Source: a virus | Taxonomy: Duplodnaviria; Heunggongvirae; Uroviricota; Caudoviricetes | Reading direction: 5' to 3' (one strand) | Length of the DNA stretch: 4,828 bases | IMG/VR virus record: IMGVR_UViG_2695420822_000011 | In this document: positions 1 through 4,828 of the stretch, in pieces | Layout of the letters: every line of letters starts with the position of its first letter | Numbering within the stretch: position 1 is the first letter of the stretch | Made by a program: the position numbers and the translations under genes | The notes under the pieces: generated by a model | What the model was told of the DNA's origin: nothing | The model's input: the letters and a program-made list of their open reading frames with translations, nothing else | The model's database searches: none

Positions 1-40
1 TCTGAACATAAAACACTATCAATAAGTTGGAGTCATTACC
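1..40 (+). mobile_element. IS1 right terminus (3' end of an IS1 copy truncated by the window edge). Carries the last insB codons (..L N I K H Y Q, TAA stop at 23..25) and the 23-bp terminal inverted repeat at 18..40.
   Basis: Positions 1..40 (tctgaacataaaacactatcaataagttggagtcattacc) match the IS1 right end as I remember it, finishing with the terminal repeat ATCAATAAGTTGGAGTCATTACC. Reading frame 2..25 gives the insB C-terminus. Confidence 0.85.
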
Positions 41-128
41 CCAATTTTTTACGTACGTAAACCACTAAATGATATTTGCGAGAATGCTACCGAGTATTGA
101 AAACACCACTACAAATACATAAGCAAAT

Positions 129-414
129 NNNNNNNNNNNNNNNNNNNNNNNNNNNNNNNNNNNNNNNNNNNNNNNNNNNNNNNNNNNNNNNNNNNNNNNN
201 NNNNNNNNNNNNNNNNNNNNNNNNNNNNNNNNNNNNNNNNNNNNNNNNNNNNNNNNNNNNNNNNNNNNNNNNNNNNNNNNNNNNNNNNNNNNNNNNNNNN
301 NNNNNNNNNNNNNNNNNNNNNNNNNNNNNNNNNNNNNNNNNNNNNNNNNNNNNNNNNNNNNNNNNNNNNNNNNNNNNNNNNNNNNNNNNNNNNNNNNNNN
401 NNNNNNNNNNNNNN
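129..414. other. Assembly gap (286 consecutive N)
   Basis: Uninterrupted run of n characters. The ORFs in the track that span it (76..453 +, 87..446 -) are artefacts of translating N. Confidence 0.99.
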
Positions 415-478
415 TTAGATGAATATTTATCGCGCAGTGACATCATTTTTTAATAATAGTTCAAAAAAAGGGCTCACG

Positions 479-1561
479 ATGAAAAAATTAACAGTGGCAA
501 TTTCTGCTGTAGCTGCATCAGTACTGATGGCGATGTCTGCTCAGGCAGCTGAAATTTATAATAAAGACAGTAACAAGCTGGATCTGTACGGGAAAGTTAA
601 TGCTAAGCACTACTTCTCCTCTAATGATGCAGATGATGGTGATACTACTTATGCCCGTCTTGGCTTCAAAGGTGAAACCCAAATCAACGATCAACTGACT
701 GGTTTCGGTCAGTGGGAATATGAATTCAAAGGCAACCGCGCTGAATCTCAAGGTTCCTCCAAAGATAAAACCCGTCTTGCCTTCGCTGGCCTGAAATTCG
801 GTGACTACGGCTCCATCGATTACGGCCGTAACTACGGTGTAGCATACGACATCGGTGCGTGGACTGACGTCCTGCCAGAATTCGGTGGTGACACTTGGAC
901 TCAAACAGATGTGTTCATGACTGGTCGCACCACTGGTGTTGCAACTTATCGTAACAACGACTTCTTTGGTCTGGTTGATGGTCTGAACTTTGCTGCTCAG
1001 TATCAGGGTAAAAATGACCGCACTGACGTAACTGAAGCTAATGGTGATGGTTTCGGTTTCTCCACTACTTATGAGTATGAAGGATTCGGTGTAGGTGCAA
1101 CCTATGCTAAATCTGACCGCACTAATAATCAGGTTATCTACGGTAACAACAGCCTGAATGCATCTGGTCAAAATGCTGAAGTATGGGCAGCTGGTCTGAA
1201 ATATGATGCGAACAACATCTATCTGGCTACCACCTATTCTGAAACCCAGAACATGACTGTTTTTGGTAATAACCATATTGCCAACAAAGCACAAAACTTC
1301 GAAGTAGTTGCACAATATCAGTTCGACTTCGGTCTGCGTCCGTCCGTTGCTTACCTGCAATCTAAAGGAAAAGACTTGGGTGCGTGGGGTGATCAGGACC
1401 TGGTTGAATATATTGATGTAGGTGCAACCTATTACTTCAACAAAAATATGTCCACTTTTGTTGATTACAAAATCAACCTGATTGATAAGAGCGATTTCAC
1501 GAAAGCATCTGGCGTTGCTACCGATGATATCGTTGCTGTAGGTATGGTTTACCAGTTCTAA
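479..1561 (+). CDS. nmpC: Outer-membrane general porin, OmpC/OmpF/PhoE family, prophage-encoded NmpC / Lc type (360 aa precursor)
   Basis: Translation [23 protein letters not shown]|[16 protein letters not shown]... has a typical Sec signal peptide (cleavage after AQA), a mature N-terminus as in OmpC/NmpC, aromatic/Gly-rich beta-strand pattern and a C-terminal ...VGMVYQF ending in Phe. The track ORF begins upstream at 419, but the ATG at 479 gives the canonical signal peptide. Position next to the Q antiterminator gene matches the DLP12 nmpC and phage PA-2 lc arrangement. Confidence 0.93.
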   Translation: MKKLTVAISAVAASVLMAMSAQAAEIYNKDSNKLDLYGKVNAKHYFSSNDADDGDTTYARLGFKGETQINDQLTGFGQWEYEFKGNRAESQGSSKDKTRLAFAGLKFGDYGSIDYGRNYGVAYDIGAWTDVLPEFGGDTWTQTDVFMTGRTTGVATYRNNDFFGLVDGLNFAAQYQGKNDRTDVTEANGDGFGFSTTYEYEGFGVGATYAKSDRTNNQVIYGNNSLNASGQNAEVWAAGLKYDANNIYLATTYSETQNMTVFGNNHIANKAQNFEVVAQYQFDFGLRPSVAYLQSKGKDLGAWGDQDLVEYIDVGATYYFNKNMSTFVDYKINLIDKSDFTKASGVATDDIVAVGMVYQF

Positions 1562-1585
1562 TTTGATTACTAAAAGATATGTTGC

Positions 1586-1602
1586 GGGAGGCTTTGCCTC
1601 CC
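1586..1602. repeat. Inverted repeat / hairpin GGGAGGC-ttt-GCCTCCC, 25 nt downstream of the porin stop
   Basis: Perfect 7-bp inverted repeat read directly. No U-tract follows on either strand, so it is not a canonical intrinsic terminator; it may be an RNA-stability or processing hairpin. Confidence 0.5.
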
Positions 1603-1610
1603 CAACATAT

Positions 1611-1632
1611 AAGTGGCTCCCTCAAGCCACTT
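1611..1632. repeat. Inverted repeat / hairpin AAGTGGCT-ccctca-AGCCACTT
   Basis: Perfect 8-bp arms with a 6-nt loop read directly; no adjacent U-tract. Confidence 0.5.
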
Positions 1633-1697
1633 CCTTTAGGAGCACAACCTTGCTTCTAACTATATAAACCTTCTGTTATATATTACCCTTTATTTTT

Positions 1698-1722
1698 GGG
1701 GGCGTTGCAACGCCCCATTTTT
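1698..1722 (+). terminator. Rho-independent terminator for the porin transcript
   Basis: GC-rich perfect palindrome GGGGCGTTGCAACGCCCC (1699..1716) immediately followed by ATTTTT. On the minus strand the same hairpin is followed by an A-run, so it is oriented for the + strand. Confidence 0.8.
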
Positions 1723-1749
1723 AATAATTTTTAGTAAACAATTGGCATA

Positions 1750-2133
1750 TTAATTAGAGTTATTAACAACGATATCCATCTCTAACCGGATATCTAATGC
1801 CATTAACATCCCTTCAATTATGCCCTCAGCCTTCTGTAACCTTTTCCCGATATAACCATCAGAGCAGCAATGCTTACCTGCCAGTGACATGAATGTCATA
1901 CCGACTACATAATAATCTACTAATAAATCGTGCAAATCGCTGTTGTTCTTTTTCAGACGGGCCATGCACCCGCAAATAATCATCGCGTCATCGTCACAAC
2001 ATTGCGGGCGAGATTTTACTTTTGAAGTAATTAATCCCTTAAAACCGGCGGCAATGGACGACCAGGTCACATCTTCATGATTATTAGCCGCCCACGCTCC
2101 CCAACGCTCAAGAACCATCTGAATATCACGCAT
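1750..2133 (-). CDS. quuD: Late-gene antiterminator Q (DLP12 QuuD / YbcQ type, 127 aa)
   Basis: Translation [26 protein letters not shown]...[16 protein letters not shown]...DIVVNNSN matches my memory of E. coli QuuD. Start ATG at 2131..2133 is preceded by GGAG at 7-nt spacing. The track ORF begins at an upstream TTG (2148) that is unlikely to be the real start. Confidence 0.88.
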   Translation of the reverse strand: MRDIQMVLERWGAWAANNHEDVTWSSIAAGFKGLITSKVKSRPQCCDDDAMIICGCMARLKKNNSDLHDLLVDYYVVGMTFMSLAGKHCCSDGYIGKRLQKAEGIIEGMLMALDIRLEMDIVVNNSN

Positions 2134-2218
2134 CAACTTACTCCACAAAAATCAGACCAGAACGCCAATTACAAGCAAAAATCAACAAAACAGTATTAGT
2201 TGATTGTTATCTCTGACT

Positions 2219-2356
2219 TCATACTCCTGCTCCTGTCAGGGTTTTGGCGTAATTCTTCAGTATTCGGTAATCGGTCAAAACAGAACCGGGGAAACGATAT
2301 AAGCGCAGATGCCCCCAGCGGTGGCGAAGAAGTTCTGCCATATAAAACTCAAACAT
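2219..2356 (-). CDS. ylcG: Small prophage protein, YlcG-like (45 aa)
   Basis: Minus-strand [48 protein letters not shown] found by hand (below the ORF-track size cutoff). Its ATG overlaps the rusA stop (TGATG), and it fills the rusA-quuD gap where K-12 has ylcG. Confidence 0.65.
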   Translation of the reverse strand: MFEFYMAELLRHRWGHLRLYRFPGSVLTDYRILKNYAKTLTGAGV

Positions 2357-2718
2357 CATTCATTCCCCATTTCGGTGATGGTCAGTTCCAGCCTCCCACC
2401 TTTGGTAACAGGCATCTTCACAACGCGGTAATCAACGACCTGAGCATCATCCAGCCAGAAACCTGCTTTGGTGAGTGCGTCAAAAGCGGCTTTTTGCAGA
2501 TTATCCAGGTCACGGCGACGGCGATCCGGCATGTGGCACTCAATACGGATTTTCACTGGCATAGCCAGGCCGATATCCAGCATTGCGTTTTTAATGATTC
2601 GGGTGACGTTATCGCGGTATGCCTGCCCTTCTGCGCTGATGTGTGTGCGCCCGCGATTATGGCGGTAATAGCGGTTATTGCTCGGAGGCCAGGGTAATGT
2701 GATGCTGTAGGTATTCAC
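2356..2718 (-). CDS. rusA: Crossover junction endodeoxyribonuclease RusA (Holliday junction resolvase, 120 aa)
   Basis: Translation [26 protein letters not shown]...[12 protein letters not shown] is essentially identical to E. coli K-12 RusA as I remember it. Its start overlaps the ybcO stop (ATGA). Confidence 0.95.
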   Translation of the reverse strand: MNTYSITLPWPPSNNRYYRHNRGRTHISAEGQAYRDNVTRIIKNAMLDIGLAMPVKIRIECHMPDRRRRDLDNLQKAAFDALTKAGFWLDDAQVVDYRVVKMPVTKGGRLELTITEMGNE

Positions 2719-3005
2719 GCCTTAATAACCCCCTCTTTCAGCCAGATAACCTGCGTTCTCGCCATACCTTCCAGCGCGCATTCTTTTGCATACTCAGCAT
2801 CGACAAAATATGTGCGGCGGTCGATTTCGTCGTGACAGGCAGAACATGCAATGGTGGCAATCAGGTCTGGCGGTTTGATACCGGTACCGCACAATCCAGC
2901 CAGCCGGATATGTGCCAGTACTGACGTTTCAGGATTGCCATTACATACGCCAGGGATTCTTACCTGGCATTCCCGACCACGCGCTGCTTTTCTCAAATCA
3001 GCCAT
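2715..3005 (-). CDS. ybcO: YbcO-like prophage protein (96 aa, Cys-rich, putative nuclease)
   Basis: Translation [37 protein letters not shown]... with several Cys residues. Length and position (between ninE and rusA) match DLP12 YbcO. Confidence 0.82.
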   Translation of the reverse strand: MADLRKAARGRECQVRIPGVCNGNPETSVLAHIRLAGLCGTGIKPPDLIATIACSACHDEIDRRTYFVDAEYAKECALEGMARTQVIWLKEGVIKA

Positions 3006-3169
3006 GATTCCTCCTTGCTGCCAGTCGCAACCATTTTTTTATCAACCAGGCTAGCGGTATATCCGAGCAGTGTTGGTATTTCGGATGGCTTCAGCTCAGG
3101 CTTACGCTTACGACGATTTGATACTCTGTAGATGTGCCCGTTCATGACACGAATAAGCGGTGTAGCCAT
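2993..3169 (-). CDS. ninE: NinE-family small protein (58 aa as encoded here; C-terminus possibly frameshifted)
   Basis: Hand-translated minus-strand [61 protein letters not shown]. The start overlaps the ybcN stop (TAATG). A 7-nt A run (plus-strand T run 3034..3040) precedes the C-terminal 13 codons. Confidence 0.7.
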   Translation of the reverse strand: MATPLIRVMNGHIYRVSNRRKRKPELKPSEIPTLLGYTASLVDKKMVATGSKEESWLI

Positions 3170-3624
3170 TACGCCTCCTGCTTATCGCGCAGCTGCTGGT
3201 ATTCACAGCTCTGCGGAATTGTCAGGTGGCAGCCGATATTCATCGCCCAGGCTTCGACTTTGCACAGGAAGATGTACATCTCGCCGGTTTCCAGCTCTGA
3301 CGTATGGCGGAGGGATTGGACGGTGGTGACCTCGCCGGACACGACATCTACACGGTCTTTGCTTTCGTAGCCGAGATAGGTGTGCTTCATCGCGTCTTTG
3401 ACCCACTCAGGCGTAGCGAAGGTCTTGCCGCGGGCGATGAGATATTCGCTGATCTCCGTGTACCACATGTGGCTGAGCGCGTTCTGCGACAGGCTGCGCT
3501 TCTCGCGCCACGGCTTAACCTGCAGGCGTAAGCATTGCCCGGCATCCAGCAATGGCTGAATCTGCTGGCCGATGGCCGCGAAGTTACCGCGATGGAGTTT
3601 GATGCCGTCTACTGGCAGAGTCAT
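3169..3624 (-). CDS. ybcN: NinB-family protein (DLP12 YbcN-like, 151 aa; reported DNA base-flipping / recombination-associated)
   Basis: Translation MTLPVDGIKLHRGNFAAIGQQ...REKRSLSQNALSHMWY... contains the RSLxQN motif shared with lambda NinB. Strong SD (GGGAGG, plus-strand 3629..3634) lies 4 nt upstream of the ATG at 3622..3624. Confidence 0.85.
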   Translation of the reverse strand: MTLPVDGIKLHRGNFAAIGQQIQPLLDAGQCLRLQVKPWREKRSLSQNALSHMWYTEISEYLIARGKTFATPEWVKDAMKHTYLGYESKDRVDVVSGEVTTVQSLRHTSELETGEMYIFLCKVEAWAMNIGCHLTIPQSCEYQQLRDKQEA

Positions 3625-3650
3625 ACGGCCTCCCTAACGGAAACCGCAGA

Positions 3651-3680
3651 ATGCAGAAAATCGCAGGTGCATTTCTGCAT
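3651..3680. repeat. Inverted repeat ATGCAGAAA-(12 nt)-TTTCTGCAT upstream of ybcN
   Basis: Perfect 9-bp arms read directly, 27 nt upstream of the ybcN start. Function unknown (operator or terminator-like element). Confidence 0.45.
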
Positions 3681-3711
3681 CTGTGACAAGGTGATGAGTT
3701 CAGATTGTGGT

Positions 3712-3735
3712 CGCATTTAAGTCCCCTTAAATGCG
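3712..3735. repeat. Inverted repeat CGCATTTAA-gtcccc-TTAAATGCG
   Basis: Perfect 9-bp arms with a 6-nt loop read directly, in the divergent intergenic region between ybcN and the AT-rich cassette. No flanking U-tract. Confidence 0.45.
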
Positions 3736-3822
3736 CAGAAGTCACCGGAGTTGTTCAGGCTCCGATGAGAGGATTATGGCGGATTGATTACGATAAATCA
3801 AAACTATCTTGAAGCCAAAACA

Positions 3823-3851
3823 GTGATCTTCGCTTTAAAAACCTTGTATAC
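3823..3851 (+). promoter_or_regulatory. Candidate sigma70 promoter for the AT-rich cassette (-10 TATACT at 3846..3851; weak -35 GTGATC at 3823..3828)
   Basis: Hexamer match only: the -10 has 5/6 matches to TATAAT, the -35 is poor. Sits about 38 nt upstream of the ATG at 3889. Confidence 0.25.
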
Positions 3852-3888
3852 TTTCACCTAATCACAGCCAGAACTATGGATCTAACCA

Positions 3889-4266
3889 ATGACCAACAAA
3901 GAAAACAAAGATAAATATATTAACAAGTTCAAGAAAGAGCTTTCAAAATATATACAACCAACTGCTGGAGTGGACATTCAATTATTTAACTCTAAGGATG
4001 GTGGTGGTGTAATTAAAGCCACTTTGAATAGAAGTGGAAAAAGAAAATCATCTATTGCTGGTAATTTTACTAAATTAGGTGAGGCAATTACCTCGAGTGG
4101 GCAGAGGGTTTTTGGTGGTGATCTATCAAATGTGAATTTTTACGGAACAAATACGATTTTTGATGGAGATACAATATTTTTAATTAAATCACCTGATTCA
4201 GAGGAGTGGTCATCACAAAAAGCTTCCAAAGACGTAGAGGGCATCGTATTTGGAGGGAAAAAATGA
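3889..4266 (+). CDS. Hypothetical protein, 125 aa, Lys/Gly-rich, no transmembrane segment, no recognisable domain
   Basis: Long ORF in very AT-rich DNA, translating MTNKENKDKYINKFKKELSKYIQ...GGDLSNVNFYGTNTIFDGDTIFLIKSPDSEEW...GIVFGGKK. Its stop overlaps the next gene's start (ATGA). Weak RBS. Confidence 0.6.
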   Translation: MTNKENKDKYINKFKKELSKYIQPTAGVDIQLFNSKDGGGVIKATLNRSGKRKSSIAGNFTKLGEAITSSGQRVFGGDLSNVNFYGTNTIFDGDTIFLIKSPDSEEWSSQKASKDVEGIVFGGKK

Positions 4267-4691
4267 TTAACATTACTACTAAGGATGGCACTCAAGTCAG
4301 TGGTGAAGTAAGAGATCTAGTAATTCTTCTTGAAACTGATGGAAAAACGGTGTCTGATTATTTGCAGCCAATCCCTCCCAAAAAAGATACACACTGGAGC
4401 ATGATTTTCATTCCGGTAGCAATTTATATACTACTTAATCTTGTATACATTATTGCTCACCCATTATTTCCTGAAAAATATCTAAAAACATCAACATCTA
4501 TATTTCTATTCATTTCCTTCATATTAAGTGCAATAGTAGCATATTTTGTTTTCCATAAGCATAAATCTGCCACTCTATCCATATGCAGCTTAGTGTTCTT
4601 AGTGTTAATTGTAGGTGCTAACGTAGGGTTTATCAGTTACAGCGACCTAACACAAAAAGCGACGCAAAAATTAGATAGTTTGTCTAAATAA
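4263..4691 (+). CDS. Hypothetical small membrane protein, 142 aa: about 45-aa soluble N-terminal domain followed by three predicted transmembrane helices
   Basis: ATG at 4263 is preceded by a strong SD (GGAGGG, 4252..4257, 5-nt spacing) and overlaps the upstream stop. Hydrophobic stretches at roughly residues 45-69, 77-97 and 103-125 (WSMIFIPVAIYILLNLVYIIAHPLF; SIFLFISFILSAIVAYFVF; LSICSLVFLVLIVGANVGFI) with short K/H-rich loops. The track's upstream extension to 4206 is probably not translated. Confidence 0.65.
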   Translation: MINITTKDGTQVSGEVRDLVILLETDGKTVSDYLQPIPPKKDTHWSMIFIPVAIYILLNLVYIIAHPLFPEKYLKTSTSIFLFISFILSAIVAYFVFHKHKSATLSICSLVFLVLIVGANVGFISYSDLTQKATQKLDSLSK

Positions 4692-4698
4692 TTATGTT

Positions 4699-4719
4699 GC
4701 CATGCGAAGTATGCATGGC
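4699..4719 (+). repeat. Inverted repeat GCCATGC-gaagtat-GCATGGC just after the cassette stop (possible terminator stem)
   Basis: Perfect 7-bp arms read directly, 8 nt after the TAA at 4689..4691. No clean U-tract follows, so a terminator call is weak. Confidence 0.35.
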
Positions 4720-4798
4720 TGCATGTCTGCCTTCCATTTAAAATGGGCTAAGACCTATAACCCTAAATATTATTCTTTATTATCTTCTTTACCACTTC

Positions 4799-4828
4799 GG
4801 TGATGCTGCCAACTTACTGATTTAGTGT
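4799..4828 (+). mobile_element. IS1 left terminus (5' end of a second IS1 copy, in the same orientation as the one at 1..40); 23-bp terminal repeat 4799..4821
   Basis: GGTGATGCTGCCAACTTACTGATTTAGTGT matches the IS1 left end upstream of insA as I remember it. The window ends inside the element. Confidence 0.85.

Noticed and set aside
76-453. Track ORFs 76..453 (+) and 87..446 (-), 125 and 119 aa
   Set aside because: Both consist almost entirely of X from translating the N gap; they are not real coding sequences.
437-465. Possible porin promoter (GTGACA at 437..442, TAATAA at 451..456)
   Set aside because: The hexamers are only 8 nt apart, so they cannot form one sigma70 promoter. The real promoter is probably in the N gap.
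419-478. Upstream extension of the porin ORF ([20 protein letters not shown]...)
   Set aside because: The ATG at 479 gives a canonical signal peptide starting MKKLTVAIS; the extension would bury it behind 20 extra residues.
518-1360. 280-aa minus-strand ORF inside the porin gene
   Set aside because: Antisense to a high-confidence porin CDS, with a low-complexity translation and no start or RBS context; a typical spurious antisense ORF.
2134-2148. TTG start extending quuD by 5 codons (MWSKL)
   Set aside because: The ATG at 2131..2133 has a properly spaced GGAG and gives the 127-aa product length I recall for QuuD.
2200-2697. 165-aa + strand ORF, and the 66-aa ORF at 2468..2668
   Set aside because: Antisense to rusA and ylcG, which are confidently identified.
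2851-3054. 67-aa + strand ORF
   Set aside because: Antisense to ybcO and ninE; no RBS; Pro/Ser-rich translation typical of a wrong frame in GC-rich DNA.
3132-3531. Track ORFs 3132..3329 (+), 3134..3370 (+), 3203..3406 (-) and 3304..3531 (+)
   Set aside because: All lie inside ybcN, antisense or out of frame; Arg/Pro-rich translations are consistent with an alternative frame of a real gene.
3535-3720. 61-aa + strand ORF spanning the ybcN start and the upstream inverted repeats
   Set aside because: Overlaps the ybcN 5' end antisense and runs through palindromic DNA; no RBS.
4206-4262. Upstream extension of the membrane-protein ORF (MVITKSFQRRRGHRIWREK)
   Set aside because: The listed start is a non-ATG codon inside the preceding gene in another frame. 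The ATG at 4263 has a strong GGAGGG SD and the ATGA overlap typical of coupled genes.
4733-4745. Short palindrome CCATTT-a-AAATGG
   Set aside because: The stem is too short and the loop too tight to be a convincing structural or binding element; likely chance in AT-rich DNA.
1-4828. CRISPR arrays, tRNA or rRNA genes
   Set aside because: No regularly spaced direct repeats and no cloverleaf-type sequence were seen on either strand.

Overview
This window is a fragment of a DLP12-like lambdoid prophage (late-regulation / nin region) bracketed by the termini of two IS1 copies in the same orientation: an IS1 right end at 1..40 and an IS1 left end at 4799..4828. Between them, left to right: a 286-nt assembly gap (N run, 129..414); an intact phage-type OmpC-family porin gene (nmpC/lc-like, 479..1561, +) followed by a strong intrinsic terminator; then a tightly coupled minus-strand operon ybcN (NinB family) - ninE - ybcO - rusA - ylcG - quuD (3624 down to 1750), whose last gene, the Q antiterminator, is convergent with the porin. 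Diverging from ybcN is a markedly AT-rich, translationally coupled two-gene cassette on the + strand (3889..4266, soluble 125-aa protein; 4263..4691, 142-aa three-helix membrane protein). I do not recognise either product, and this cassette is the best candidate here for an undescribed accessory module (moron, defence or exclusion type). No tRNA, rRNA or CRISPR array is evident. Identifications rest on reading the translations and on memory of the E. coli K-12 DLP12 proteins and the IS1 sequence; no database search or alignment was run.
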